Shown: positions 1 through 12,851, numbered from the stretch's first letter. The stretch is DNA of 39,747 bases from Candidatus Krumholzibacteriia bacterium (GCA_036351155.1 JAZBOO010000127.1:1-39747), one strand, 5' to 3'. A program made the numbers and translations. The notes: generated by a model not told the origin, from the letters alone.

Positions 1-27
1 CGGGGCTCTTTTTCGGGTGACCCCGAT

Positions 28-591
28 TCAGGTGGAGGGCCACAACCAGGCGAAGGTCCCGGCGGTCACCAGTCCATAGATGATGCCGCTGAAGATGAAC
101 TTCGCCGTGATCCCCCAGCTCAGGCCCTTCCAGATGCTGTCCGGGATGTGCGTGACCGCGTGGCCCAGAACGGCCACCGTCCCGGCAATCCGGAAAACCG
201 CCAGGTAGTGAGCGCCAGGAGCCAGGGCCAGGCTGGTCAGGTAGGCCGTGAATACGCTGACGATCAGCGAAAAAAGGAACCAAAGGCCAAGGTTTTTCCC
301 CATGGCCACCGGTCCGCTGGGAAGGATGGTCATGAAACCCACGGGGCCCCGGTTCATCTTATCGAGGTGTTCCGGGGAGCTCATCTCCTTCATGGAGGAA
401 GCCCGTGGGAACATGTAGTGGCCGGGTCGAACCCCCGCCTCGCGCATGGTGGCGAGAACCTGATCCTCCTGCTGCAGAATGGTGTAGTCATTCTTGTGGA
501 GAGGGGTGGCCATGTGGATGACCGAACTGGCGATGAAGACAAACACGGCCGACAGAACAACGGGAAGCCACAGAGCGGCGAGGAATTCCAT
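28..591 (-). CDS. Conserved hypothetical integral membrane protein (187 aa, about 4 TM helices)
   Basis: C-terminal part of ORF 28..1629; ATG at 591 preceded by GGAGG. MEFLAALWLPVVLSAVFVFIASSVIHM... has several hydrophobic helices. The upstream extension is antisense to the next gene. Confidence 0.75.
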   Translation of the reverse strand: MEFLAALWLPVVLSAVFVFIASSVIHMATPLHKNDYTILQQEDQVLATMREAGVRPGHYMFPRASSMKEMSSPEHLDKMNRGPVGFMTILPSGPVAMGKNLGLWFLFSLIVSVFTAYLTSLALAPGAHYLAVFRIAGTVAVLGHAVTHIPDSIWKGLSWGITAKFIFSGIIYGLVTAGTFAWLWPST

Positions 592-744
592 GATGAACCT
601 CCGGGAAAGAAAATGCTGACGAGTTGATTCAATACGATGGAAGGATTCCCGGCAAGAATATTGTCCGGACGCAACCCCCGGCGGGGATGCACGTATGGAA
701 TGAAGTTTTTCCTCATTGGCCTCCAAAAACTCTCGGGAGAAGTC

Positions 745-1962
745 ATGCGGCGTGTCTATTTTCCCTTGCTGACCTTTTCCTTGATGTCGGTTCTGACCCA
801 TGCCCAGTCTCCGGAAATCGTCGAGAATGAACAACCTCTGAGCCCTCCGGTCACCTGGTCCCTGGAGGAGCTCTGGCGTGTGGGAGGCCCCGACGATGAG
901 CACGTGTTCGGACTGATGATCCAGGCTCTCAGCGACGCGGAGGGCAACGTGTACCTGCTGGACCAGCAGATGAGCCGGGTGACCATGGTGTCGCCTGCAG
1001 GACGGTATCTGGCCGAGCTGGGAGGGGAAGGAGACGGCCCCGGTGAATGCCGCATGCCTCAGACCATGACCCTGTTTCCCGATGGCAGCGTGGGCCTGGG
1101 GCAGCGTTTCCCCGGGCGGTTCATCCGGGTCAACCTGGCGAATCAGCCGGTGGGCAATCTGGATATCGGAGGGGAGAACACGGCGCAGACCGGGTTCACC
1201 ATGCTCACTTCGGGGCGCTATCGCGGAGACAATCTGCTGGTGGCCACCCTGAAGCAGTTCCCCGATCAGACCGGCCAGAAAAGAAATTCCCATCTGCAAC
1301 GCCTGTCGGCCACCGGTGAGGTGCTGGCGGATTTCGCCTCGGCCGAAACCTACCTGGATTTCGGCAAACCCCACTTCCGGGAGCGGGAAATGGTGGCACC
1401 GTTCATTGCCGCCCACGCGGTGGGACCCGATGGCCGGGTCTATCTGGCCGGGGCAAGGGACCGCTATGTCATCGAGGTGTGGTCTCCGGAGGGCAGGCAC
1501 GAGCGGACCATCACCCGCTCCTTCGAGAACCCTGACCGGCCCCAGCGCACCACCGACCGCCTGAACGCCCTGTTCGAGGAGCAGGACCGAGCCCTGCCCT
1601 TCGACATCACCTGGGAAGTGGAAAAGCACGATCAGACGGTGGGGGAAATCATCATCACACGCGACAACCAGCTGGTGGTGGCCAGCTCGCGGCAGTTTCT
1701 GGATTTACCTGCGGGGGTTTTTGCCCGCTATGACGTCTTCGATGACCAGGGCCGATGGTCCCACCAGCTCGATGTCAGGTGCGAGGCCAACCCTGACCAC
1801 GACGGTTTGATCTGGCTGGACGATGGCCGGGTGCTCCTGGTCAAGGGCCTGCAACTGGCGCGCCTGACCGCCAGCGGAAACGGCGGTGCGGTGGCCGAGG
1901 AGGAAGACGGAGAAGAGGTCATGGAAATCATCTGCTGCCGGCCGGTTCCCCACACGCCATGA
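745..1962 (+). CDS. Secreted 6-bladed beta-propeller / NHL-like repeat protein (405 aa)
   Basis: ATG at 745 after GGAGA; signal-peptide-like N-terminus MRRVYFPLLTFSLMSVLTHAQ; blade motifs DAEGNVYLLD, GGEGDGPGE, GPDGRVYLA, DDGRVLLV. Confidence 0.7.
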   Translation: MRRVYFPLLTFSLMSVLTHAQSPEIVENEQPLSPPVTWSLEELWRVGGPDDEHVFGLMIQALSDAEGNVYLLDQQMSRVTMVSPAGRYLAELGGEGDGPGECRMPQTMTLFPDGSVGLGQRFPGRFIRVNLANQPVGNLDIGGENTAQTGFTMLTSGRYRGDNLLVATLKQFPDQTGQKRNSHLQRLSATGEVLADFASAETYLDFGKPHFREREMVAPFIAAHAVGPDGRVYLAGARDRYVIEVWSPEGRHERTITRSFENPDRPQRTTDRLNALFEEQDRALPFDITWEVEKHDQTVGEIIITRDNQLVVASSRQFLDLPAGVFARYDVFDDQGRWSHQLDVRCEANPDHDGLIWLDDGRVLLVKGLQLARLTASGNGGAVAEEEDGEEVMEIICCRPVPHTP

Positions 1963-1993
1963 AAAAAAGCCCCCGGCGCGGGCCGGGGGCTTT
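1962..1993. terminator. Intrinsic terminator between convergent genes, stronger for the minus-strand fad operon
   Basis: AAAGCCCCCGGC-GCGG-GCCGGGGGCTTT stem with an A7 tract on the left and TTT on the right. Confidence 0.85.
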
Positions 1994-2012
1994 CCTGTCA
2001 CGCAGGCGGGCG

Positions 2013-3803
2013 TCAGTCGACCGTCCACCCGTCCTTGTCGATCATCCTCTGGGCAATGGCGCTGTGCAGCACGGTGCGATTCACGGGATCATGCTTGGTC
2101 AACCGGCGCAAGCCCGCGGCGTAGGTGCGCAGCTCGTCGCCCTCGACCGTGGCCGCCAGCACATTGCGGGCCAGCACGGCCACGCGATCCATGGCGTCAT
2201 GCACGTACAGGGTCAGCATGTCCGCCATCCCGGCAGCGGCATCTTCGCCCCTGGCCGAGGCCTTCTTCAGGGTCCTCAGCAGTCCGCTTTCGCAGGCGTA
2301 GGTTTCCATGATGATATCCGCGGTGTCCGACAGGACTTCCTGCTGGTCCTTCAGCCCCATGCCGTGTTTCTGGGCCGCGAGACCCAGCACGGCCAGCACC
2401 ACCTTCTTCATGTTGGTGATCAGCTTGGCCTCGGTCTCCAGGTATTCGGGCTCGCCGGGATCGTCGAAGCTGGGCAGCCCCGTCAGTTCCTCGGCCACCT
2501 GCTGAGCGGCCTGCAGGAAGGGCAGCTCGCCCTTCATGGCCTTCTTCATGATCATGCCGGGCACCAGCATGCGGTTGATCTCGTTGGTGCCCTCGAAGAT
2601 CCGGTTGATGCGCTCGTCCCGATAGTAGCGTTCCAGCGGGTACTCGGAACAGTAGCCGTAGCCACCCAGCATTTGCACGCCCTCCTCGGCCGCCAGGGCC
2701 ATGGCCTCGCTGGCGAAAACCTTGATCATCGAGCACTCGATGCTGAACTCCTCGACCTGGCCGATGCTGGCCCGATCGTATCCGGGGTCGCTCTTGTCCA
2801 GGGTGGCGATCGCCGTGTCCAGCAGGCCCGCGGTGCGGTACACCATGCTCTCGGCCACGAAGCCGCGAGCCATGACGTCGGCCATCTTGGCGCGGATCAG
2901 GCCGAAATCGCACAGGGGTTGATTGAACTGGTGGCGCTGCTTGGTGTAGGGCACGATGTCACCCAGGGCCATCTTGATGCCGCCGGTGGTGCTGGCGCCC
3001 AGCTTGAAGCGGCCCACGTTCAGGATGTTGAAGGCGATGTGGTGACCCTTGCCGATCTCGCCCAGCAGGTTCTCCGTCGGCACCTTCACGTCCTCGAGGA
3101 TGATGGGGCAGGTGCTGCTGCCCTTGATGCCCATCTTGTGTTCCTCGGGGCCAATGGTGACGCCGTCGGCGTGCAGGTCGACGATGAACGCCGTGAACTG
3201 CTCTCCATCGATCTTCGCGAACAGAATGCAGATGTCGCTGTATGACGCGTTGGTGATGTACTGCTTGGTGCCGTTCAGGACGTAGTGTGTGCCGTCGGCG
3301 CTGAGCACGGCGGTGGTGGCCGCGGCCAGGGCATCGCTGCCGCTTCCCGGTTCGGTCAGGGCGTAGCACGTCATGATCTCACCGGTGGCAATTCCGGGCA
3401 GGTACTTCTGCTTCTGCTCATCGGTTCCGAAGTAAACGATGGGCAGGGTGCCGATGCCGCTCTGCGCTCCGTGGGTCACCGCGAAGCTGCCCGAGTAGGC
3501 CATGCGTTCGCTGACCAGCATGACCGTGGCCTTGTCGCTGCCCATCCCGCCGAAGGCCTCGGGGACATCCACCATCAGCAGGCCCATGTCCGCCGCCTGT
3601 TTCAGCAGACCCTTGCCCAGCTCGGTCTTGCCCTTGTATTCCAGATCGTCCCGGACCGGGTCGATGACCTGCTGCACGAAACCGTCCACGGTGCTCGAGA
3701 ACATCCGCTGGTTCTCGTTGAAATCCTCCGGGGTGAACGCATCCTGGGGATCGGTGTCCTTCAGCAGGAATTCGCCGCCGGTGGGGTAATTTTTATCCGC
3801 CAT
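2013..3803 (-). CDS. fadE: Acyl-CoA dehydrogenase, long FadE/VLCAD-like type (596 aa)
   Basis: Motifs CYALTEPGSGSDA, LNGTKQYITN, EHKMGIKGSST, QMLGGYGY, RIFEGTNEINR; C-terminal extension; last gene of the fadN-fadA operon. Confidence 0.92.
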   Translation of the reverse strand: MADKNYPTGGEFLLKDTDPQDAFTPEDFNENQRMFSSTVDGFVQQVIDPVRDDLEYKGKTELGKGLLKQAADMGLLMVDVPEAFGGMGSDKATVMLVSERMAYSGSFAVTHGAQSGIGTLPIVYFGTDEQKQKYLPGIATGEIMTCYALTEPGSGSDALAAATTAVLSADGTHYVLNGTKQYITNASYSDICILFAKIDGEQFTAFIVDLHADGVTIGPEEHKMGIKGSSTCPIILEDVKVPTENLLGEIGKGHHIAFNILNVGRFKLGASTTGGIKMALGDIVPYTKQRHQFNQPLCDFGLIRAKMADVMARGFVAESMVYRTAGLLDTAIATLDKSDPGYDRASIGQVEEFSIECSMIKVFASEAMALAAEEGVQMLGGYGYCSEYPLERYYRDERINRIFEGTNEINRMLVPGMIMKKAMKGELPFLQAAQQVAEELTGLPSFDDPGEPEYLETEAKLITNMKKVVLAVLGLAAQKHGMGLKDQQEVLSDTADIIMETYACESGLLRTLKKASARGEDAAAGMADMLTLYVHDAMDRVAVLARNVLAATVEGDELRTYAAGLRRLTKHDPVNRTVLHSAIAQRMIDKDGWTVD

Positions 3804-3833
3804 CTTGGTTCTCCTTGATCACGCTGCCAAAAA

Positions 3834-5018
3834 CTAGATCGCTTCGAAAATTCCGGCCGCGCCCATACCCGTGCCGATGCACATGGTGACCAGGGCATAC
3901 TTGCCGCCGCGCCGTTTCAACTCGTGCAGGGCCGTGGCCGTCAGCTTGGCTCCGGTGCAACCGAGGGGGTGACCCAGGGCGATGGCGCCGCCGTTGGCGT
4001 TGATGCGCTCATCCTTGGGGTCCAGCCCCAGGTGCTTGAGCACGGCCAGGCTCTGGGCGGCGAAGGCCTCGTTCAGCTCGATGACATCCATCTGATCCAG
4101 GCTCAGTCCGGTGCGGGCCATGACCTTGGGCACGGCTTCGACCGGCCCGATGCCCATGATCTCGGGCCGTACACCGGCCACGGCATAGCCCAGGAAGCGG
4201 GCCAGGGGCGTGGCGCCACATTCGGCCGCCAGTTCCGGGGTCATGAGCATGGCGGCGGCGGCGCCGTCGCTCATCTGACTGCTGTTGCCGGCGGTCACGG
4301 TGCCGCCCAGCTTGAAGGCGGGGTTCAGCCGGGCCAGCCCCTGCAGCGTGGTGTCGCTGCGCGGGCCTTCGTCCACCTTGAACTCCACTTCGTTGCTGAT
4401 GGGCCGCCCGTTCTTGGCCAGACCGGGTAGCTGGGCCATCACCGGGATGATCTCCTCGGCAAAGCGCCCTTCCTTGATGGCCGCCAGCGCCTTCATGTGG
4501 CTGTCGTAGGCAAACTGGTCCTGGGCCTCGCGGGTGATCTCGTCCCGCACCACGAGGTTCTCCGCCGTCAGGCCCATGCTGGTCAGGGTTTCGGGTTGAT
4601 CGGCCGCCACCTTGGGATTCGGCAGGTAGCGCAATCCGCCCATGGGGATCATGGTCATGCTCTCGACCCCGCCGGCGATGACACAGTCGCATTGACCGGA
4701 AGCCACCTGCAGGGCTCCATAGTTGATGGTTTCCAGACCGGAGCTGCAGAACCGGTTGACGGTCACGCCGGGGACACTGGTGGGCAAGCCGGCCATGAGG
4801 GCGATGTTGCGCCCCACGTTCATGCCCTGTTCACCCTCGGGCATGGCGCAGCCGATGATCACATCGCCCACACGTTCGGTATCCAGTCCGGGGTGGGCGG
4901 CGATCAGGCTCTTGACCACGGCGGCGCCCAGATCGTCGGGCCGGGTGTGGCGCAAGGTGCCCTTGATGGCGCGGCCCACGGCGGTACGCAGGGCGGCAGT
5001 TACGATGACTTCTCTCAT
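3834..5018 (-). CDS. fadA: Acetyl-CoA C-acyltransferase (3-ketoacyl-CoA thiolase)
   Basis: NRFCSSG (catalytic Cys), NEAFA, GHPLG, CIGTGMG. Confidence 0.95.
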   Translation of the reverse strand: MREVIVTAALRTAVGRAIKGTLRHTRPDDLGAAVVKSLIAAHPGLDTERVGDVIIGCAMPEGEQGMNVGRNIALMAGLPTSVPGVTVNRFCSSGLETINYGALQVASGQCDCVIAGGVESMTMIPMGGLRYLPNPKVAADQPETLTSMGLTAENLVVRDEITREAQDQFAYDSHMKALAAIKEGRFAEEIIPVMAQLPGLAKNGRPISNEVEFKVDEGPRSDTTLQGLARLNPAFKLGGTVTAGNSSQMSDGAAAAMLMTPELAAECGATPLARFLGYAVAGVRPEIMGIGPVEAVPKVMARTGLSLDQMDVIELNEAFAAQSLAVLKHLGLDPKDERINANGGAIALGHPLGCTGAKLTATALHELKRRGGKYALVTMCIGTGMGAAGIFEAI

Positions 5019-5036
5019 GTCTCTATCTCCTTCCGC

Positions 5037-7436
5037 CTAATTGCGCAGCGGTTTGCCGGTTTTGAGGATGTGTTCCATGCGTTCAAGGGTCTTGCGTTCG
5101 CCCAGAAGGCGCATGAAGCTCTCGCGTTCCAGGTCGAGCATGTCCTTTTCCCGCACGGTGGTTCCGGGGGGTACGGCGCCGCCGGCCAGGGTTTTTGCCA
5201 GCTCCATGCCGATCTTCATGTCATGCTCGCTGATGTACCGGCCTTCCTTCATGTTGAAGAGCACCGATTCGGCCAGGCCGATGCCGGCCGTGCCCATGAC
5301 GGGGATGGCCTCGTCTTCGATGGGGCTGGGATAATTTCCCCTGGCCAGGGCCAGAGCCAGGTCCTTGGCGTCGGCGGCCAGGTGATCCCGGTTCATGCTC
5401 CAGCTGTCGCCCGGGCGCAGGAAGCCCAGTTCCTTGGCCTCTTCGCAGCTGGTGGCCACCTTGGCCATGCCGATGGTTTCGAAGGCGCGCCGGAAGGCCG
5501 GCTGCAGGTCCTTCTGGTCGGTCAGAAGGGCCACGTTGCGCTGGTACAGCCGCAGGCACCCGCCGCCGGCGGGGATGACCCCGGCACCGAACTCGACCAG
5601 ACCGATGTAGGTTTCCGCCGCACAGCGCACCGCATTGCCGGCCATGGTCATCTCACAACCGCCACCCAGGGCCAGGCCCGCGGGAGCGCTGACCACCGGG
5701 ACACCACAGTGTTCCAGGCGGCCGGTGGCCTTCTGGAACGCGTGGACGATCATGTTGATGTCTTCCCAGTTGCCTTCCATGGCCTCCATCATGAGCATCA
5801 TCAGGTTGGCACCCACCGAGAAGTTGTCCGCCAGGTTGGTCACCACCAGGGCTTGCCAGTTCTTCTCGGCCTCGCTGCAGGCGGTCATGACCATGTTCAG
5901 GGTGTCCTGGCCGATGGCGTTCATCTTGGAGTGGAACTCCAGGCCCAGCACACCGTCGCCCAGGTCCAGCATGCTGGCCCCGGGATTGCGTCGGACCTCT
6001 TTTTCCTGGCGGCGCAGGATATCGAAGTCGAAGGCCCGCTCATCGCGCGGCACGGGGGCAAAGCCGCCCGGTTCGGCGGTGGGACTCAGGCGATGACCGT
6101 CTTCTTCCTTGTAGAGCGTCTTGGCTCCGCTGTCGTACAGTGCGTCGACCCAGGCGGGCAAGGGCAGAGCGTCTTCCCGCATGCGCTCGGTGACCTTGCG
6201 GAAGCCCAGGGTGTCCCACACCTCGAAGGGGCCCTGTTCCCAGTTGAAGCCCCAGCACACGGCCTGATCGATCTCGGCCGCCTGGTCGCAAATTTCTCCC
6301 AGGCGCATGGCGCTGTAGCTGAAGCTGGCGGCCAGCATCTTCCAGATGGCCTGACCGGCCACGCCCTTGCCGAAGGCGAGGGTTTTCAGGCGGGTGGGCA
6401 GATCCTCGATGGCCTTGGCCGCGGCCATCTCGGGCAGCCTGGACTTGCCTTTTTCGCGGTACTCGAGGGTTTCGAGGTCCAGGGTATAGAACTTCTTCTC
6501 GGGGCTTTTTTCCATCTTGTAGAAGCCCGCGCCGCTCTTGCGGCCCAGGTAGCCTTTCTCGACCATCTTGTGCAGGTAGTCCGGCAGCTTGAAGGTCTCG
6601 CGCGCTTCGTCGTCGGGAATGAGCGGGTAGATGTTCTCGGCCACGTGCACGAAGGTGTCCAGGCCCACCAGATCGGCCAGCTTGAAAGTCGCGGTCTTGG
6701 GACGGCCAATGGCCGGACCGGTCATCGCATCGATATCCTCGATGGACAGGCCCATCTCGTTCATCACCTGGACGGTGGCCATCATGGCGTGCACGCCCAC
6801 CCGGTTGGCGATGAAGTTGGGTGTGTCCTTGCCCATGACGATGCCCTTGCCCAGCCGGTTGCGGGCAAACTCCGCCACGAAGGCGGTGATTTCGGGATCG
6901 GTGTCAGCCGTGGGAATCAGTTCGAACAGCTTCATGTAGCGGGGCGGATTGAAGAAGTGGGTGCCCAGGAACCGGGGCTTCAGATGGTCGGGAAGCACCG
7001 AGGCCATCTCGGTCAAGGACAGGCCCGAAGTATTGCTGGTGAAGATGGCCTCGGGCCCGATGTGGGGCGCCGCGTTCTCCAGTACGATCTTCTTGATCTT
7101 CATGTCCTCCTTGACCACTTCGATGACCCAGTCAGCCTCCTTCAGGCGCGCCAGGTGGTCTTCGAAGTTGCCGGTCTCGATCAGGTCGATCCGGGCTGAG
7201 GAGAACAGGGGGGAGGGTTTGGTCTTCTTCATGGCTGCCACGGCATCGGCGGCCATGCTGTTGCGGACCCGGGGGTCGTCCAGGGTCAGCCCCGCCTGTT
7301 TCTGCTTGTCCGTCAGTTCCCTCGGGACAATGTCCAGGACCAGCGAGGGTATACCGGCATTGGCGAAATGGCCGGCAATGGCACTGCCCATGACACCTGA
7401 GCCCAGGACCGCCACTTTCTTGATCAGCCTGCGCAT
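5037..7436 (-). CDS. fadN: 3-hydroxyacyl-CoA dehydrogenase / enoyl-CoA hydratase, FadN type (799 aa)
   Basis: N-terminal GSGVMG Rossmann motif, SNTSGL, THFFNPPRYM, C-terminal crotonase domain (ALGGGCE), ending TGKPLRN. Start taken at ATG 7436 (MRRLIKKVAVLG). Confidence 0.92.
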   Translation of the reverse strand: MRRLIKKVAVLGSGVMGSAIAGHFANAGIPSLVLDIVPRELTDKQKQAGLTLDDPRVRNSMAADAVAAMKKTKPSPLFSSARIDLIETGNFEDHLARLKEADWVIEVVKEDMKIKKIVLENAAPHIGPEAIFTSNTSGLSLTEMASVLPDHLKPRFLGTHFFNPPRYMKLFELIPTADTDPEITAFVAEFARNRLGKGIVMGKDTPNFIANRVGVHAMMATVQVMNEMGLSIEDIDAMTGPAIGRPKTATFKLADLVGLDTFVHVAENIYPLIPDDEARETFKLPDYLHKMVEKGYLGRKSGAGFYKMEKSPEKKFYTLDLETLEYREKGKSRLPEMAAAKAIEDLPTRLKTLAFGKGVAGQAIWKMLAASFSYSAMRLGEICDQAAEIDQAVCWGFNWEQGPFEVWDTLGFRKVTERMREDALPLPAWVDALYDSGAKTLYKEEDGHRLSPTAEPGGFAPVPRDERAFDFDILRRQEKEVRRNPGASMLDLGDGVLGLEFHSKMNAIGQDTLNMVMTACSEAEKNWQALVVTNLADNFSVGANLMMLMMEAMEGNWEDINMIVHAFQKATGRLEHCGVPVVSAPAGLALGGGCEMTMAGNAVRCAAETYIGLVEFGAGVIPAGGGCLRLYQRNVALLTDQKDLQPAFRRAFETIGMAKVATSCEEAKELGFLRPGDSWSMNRDHLAADAKDLALALARGNYPSPIEDEAIPVMGTAGIGLAESVLFNMKEGRYISEHDMKIGMELAKTLAGGAVPPGTTVREKDMLDLERESFMRLLGERKTLERMEHILKTGKPLRN

Positions 7437-7486
7437 GCTTTCCGCCTTTCGTGGGGAGAGAAAGCCAAGAATGTGAATCAAATTAA

Positions 7487-7504
7487 TGAATGACTATTCA
7501 GTAT
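7487..7504. promoter_or_regulatory. FadR (TetR-type) operator overlapping the fadN -10/TSS
   Basis: TGAATGACTATTCAGTAT matches 13 of 16 defined positions of the Bacillus FadR-type palindrome TGAATGANTANTCATTCA (consensus from memory). Confidence 0.7.
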
Positions 7505-7531
7505 CTTAGTGGGTGCGCAAACCCTTGTCAA
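7503..7531 (-). promoter_or_regulatory. Sigma70-type promoter of fadN-fadA-fadE
   Basis: Minus strand TTGACA (7531-7526), 17-nt spacer, TAAGAT (7508-7503). Confidence 0.75.
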
Positions 7532-7635
7532 TGGTTTTACACGTCTGTTTTTCTTGATAGGGCAGGATTATTCGGTTAAAATGAGGAAAATAGTGTCAGC
7601 CTGGGTTGACGGTTTTTGCGGTCTCCAATATTCAA

Positions 7636-7653
7636 TGAATGGCTCCTCATTGC
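7636..7653. promoter_or_regulatory. Second FadR-like operator upstream of fadR (likely autoregulation)
   Basis: TGAATGGCTCCTCATTGC, 12 of 16 matches to the same consensus; lies just downstream of TTGACG-N17-TATTCA. Confidence 0.55.
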
Positions 7654-7689
7654 GCTTGACGCAGGAGACAGCCGGTCCCGGGGGCTCTC

Positions 7690-8292
7690 ATGGCTCGCAA
7701 CAGCGATGGCAACAAGCATGAAATGATCCTGGACGCCGCCGTGGTGGAAATTGCTCAGCGCGGTTTCTATCAGACCACCGTGGCCATGATCGCCAAGCGG
7801 GCAGGTGTGGCCGACGGTACCATCTATCTGTATTTCGCCAACAAGGAAGAGATCCTGTTCAGCCTGTTCGACCGGGCCATGCGGCGCTTCATCACCGAGG
7901 GCAACGCCCGTCTGGGTGATGCTGCCAACGCGGTGGCCAAGTTGCGCCGGATCATCGAGCTGCATTTGCAACTGGTGGGACAGGACCGCGACCTGGCCAT
8001 CATCACCCAGGTGGAAATGCGGCACAGTCTCCACTTCATGAATCAGGCTTCTCGCGCCCAGGTGGGGCAGTACCTGGAAATCCTGGGTCGGGTCATTGTC
8101 CAGGGACAAAAGGAGGGGGTCTTCCGGGCCGACCTGGATCCCATCTTCTCGGCCAAGGCGGTCTTCGGCGTTCTGGACGAGATGGCCACCGACTGGGTGC
8201 TCAGTCGCCGCAACACCCGTCTGGAAAGCAAGACCGGCGATGTGACGGATTTCCTGCTGGCAGGACTGGAAACCAGGTCCCGGGCCATCTGA
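7690..8292 (+). CDS. fadR: TetR/AcrR-family regulator, FadR(YsiA)-like
   Basis: HTH IAKRAGVADGTIYLYFANKEEIL; C-terminal GVLDEMATDWVL resembles the YsiA-type C domain; divergent from the fad operon. Confidence 0.85.
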   Translation: MARNSDGNKHEMILDAAVVEIAQRGFYQTTVAMIAKRAGVADGTIYLYFANKEEILFSLFDRAMRRFITEGNARLGDAANAVAKLRRIIELHLQLVGQDRDLAIITQVEMRHSLHFMNQASRAQVGQYLEILGRVIVQGQKEGVFRADLDPIFSAKAVFGVLDEMATDWVLSRRNTRLESKTGDVTDFLLAGLETRSRAI

Positions 8293-8498
8293 CCGATCTT
8301 GGTGTGTCACCCGTGTTGATATAGCATTGTCTTTAAATGTTTTACAGTCCAGCTGTTAAATCATTATCTTTCTCCGTCCATCTCTTGACTTTCCCCGGGA
8401 CCGCTGACCACCTTACACTCCGTAGCCGGCCTCGGGGTCTGATGTCCCGCTGGCCCTGTTGCTCGGATGTTCGGAGTTCTTCCCCAAGAGGCACCAAG

Positions 8499-10636
8499 AT
8501 GACCCAGGAATACAAGCCCCTGCTGGACGCCTTTCCCCCTGCCGACCTGGAAACCTGGCGGCAAGAGGTTGAGCGTCTTCTGCGTGGAGCCCCCTTTGCC
8601 AAGAAGATGTTCACCGAGACCCTCGAGGGCATCACCGTGGGCCCCATGTATACGGCCAAGGATACCGAGCACCTTCCCTGGAGTGCACATTTTCCAGGCC
8701 AGGCCCCTTTCGTGCGGGGAACCCATGCTGCAGGTTATGCCCAGCAAGGCTGGAGGGTTGGCCAGGAATTCCTTTCGCCCACGGTGGAAGAGTTCAACGA
8801 GGCCGTCCGCGATGATCTCAAGCGTGGGCAGAATGCCATTTGTCTCAAGCTGGACCGGGCCACACAGCTGGGGATGGACCCCGACCAGGCCGAGAAAGGC
8901 ACCGTGGGTCTGGACGGGACATCGCTGTCGTCCTTGGCTGAACTGGAAACGGCGCTGGACGGGATCGACCTGGAGAAGACCATGCTGTGTTTACAGCCGG
9001 GTTCCTCCGCGCTGCCGATGGCAGCCTTGCTGGCGGCGCTTTTTGACCGCAAGGGCGCCAAGCTGGAAAAGTTGGAGGGAAGCCTGGGTTGCGACCCGGT
9101 CTCCGGGTTGGCGTGCAAGGGGCTGTTGCCGGTCAACATGAGCCAGCTGTTTGACGAGCTGGCCGTCCTGACGCGATGGGCTCAGGTCAATGCCCCCGGG
9201 GTTGCGACCTTGCCGGTCCATGAACTGACCTGGCACCAGGGTGGGGCCGACAGCGCCTTGAGTCTGGGACTGACCCTGGCCACGGCGGTGGAAACCGTCC
9301 GGGCCATGGAACAGAGGGACCTTTCCCTGGAAGAAACCATGGGCAAGGTGCGCTTTCGGATGGTGGTCGGCACGGACTTCTTCATGGAAATCGCCAAGCT
9401 CAGGGCTCTGCGTGTGCTCTGGTCAGATGTGGCTGCCGCTTGTGGTTGCCCCGCGGAAATGGGAAGGGCGACTGTTCACGCCCAGACCAGCCCCCGCTGT
9501 CTCACCGTCCTGGACACGCATGTGAACATTCTGCGCACCACCACCATGGCCATGTCGGCAGTGATGGGCGGGGTGGATTCCCTCCAGGTGAGCGCCTTCG
9601 ACGAGGTGGACAGCATCCCGGACAATTTCAGTCGCCGCATTGCCCGCAACATCCAGCTGATGCTGGCCGAGGAGTGCCACTTCGATCAGGTGGCCGATCC
9701 GGCGGGCGGTTCCTGGTATGTGGAAAAGCTGACCGCGGACCTGGCGGAAAAAGCCTGGACCGTTTTCCAGGAAATCGAAGCCGGCGGCGGTGTGGTGGCT
9801 GGTTTGCTGGATGGATCCATCCAGAAGCGGGTGGCCGATCAGGCAGAGAAGCGGATCGATCGTCTGGCCACCGGGCGAGATGTGCTGGTGGGAACCACAC
9901 GCTATGTCAATCCGGCGGAACCCGAGCGCCAGGTACGGCGTCCCGATCTGGATGCCCTTCATGCCCGGCGGGCTCAGGACATGGTCCGCCAGAGAACCGC
10001 GGCGGCCCACGAGGATCATTTGATGGTGCTCAAGCGGCTCGAAAAAATCATGACCGCCGACCAGGAAACCCTGATGAGTGCCCTGATTGATGCCGCCGTC
10101 CAGGGGGCGACGGTGGGTGAACTGACCGGAATCCTGCGCCACGATGCGGACACCCAGCGGCAGGTGGAGCTAATTCCCCTGCGCCGCGATGCGCAGCCTT
10201 TCGAGGAACTGCGGCACGCCGTGAAGAGCGCAGCCCGGCGGGATCCGGCACGCGGGAAGATCTTCTGTGCCTGCCTGGGTAACTTCGCGGGCTACATGCC
10301 GCGGCTGGACTTTGTTCGGGGCTTTTTCCAGGTCGGGGGGTTCGAGGTGGCCAGTGACACCTTCTACACCCAGCCGGATGAGGCCGTCGCCGGTGCTCGC
10401 GCCTTCGGTGCGGCGGTGGTGGTTCTGGTCGGACTGGACTCCACCTACGCCGAACTGGGCTGCGCCACGGCGCAAAAGCTCAAGGCCCTGTCGCCGGCTC
10501 CCACCATTCTGATGGCAGGGAAACCCCAGGAGAACGAGGAAGCCTTCCTTGCCGCGGGCATCGACGGCTTCATCCACGTGCGCAGCAACCTGCTTGATGA
10601 ACTGGGAGCCCTGGTTCGCAGCACGGAGGTAGGAGA

Positions 10637-10640
<4 letters not shown>
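8499..10640 (+). CDS. mutA: Methylmalonyl-CoA mutase small (non-catalytic) subunit (713 aa)
   Basis: [33 protein letters not shown]; no DxHxxG B12 motif. ATG at 8499 ([14 protein letters not shown]); stop overlaps the next start (ATGA). Confidence 0.88.
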
Positions 10641-12838
<2,198 letters not shown>

Positions 12839-12851
12839 CAGATCGCGGGAC

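Noticed and set aside
1..27. CGGGG...CCCCG hairpin after the first gene as a terminator
   Set aside because: The stem is short and cut by the window edge, so it cannot be assessed.
4497..7199. Long antisense ORFs (900 aa here; also 10832..12994, 27215..29362, 12774..14435, 37530..38999 and the 5' part of 28..1629)
   Set aside because: Shadow frames of well-supported genes in high-GC DNA, with no recognisable motifs.
8293..8498. Cobalamin riboswitch upstream of mutA; also a 9-bp inverted pair ATCTTGGTG (8296-8304) / CACCAAGAT (8492-8500) touching the start codon
   Set aside because: No B12-box or other conserved riboswitch core is visible. A 9-bp match across about 190 nt could be chance.
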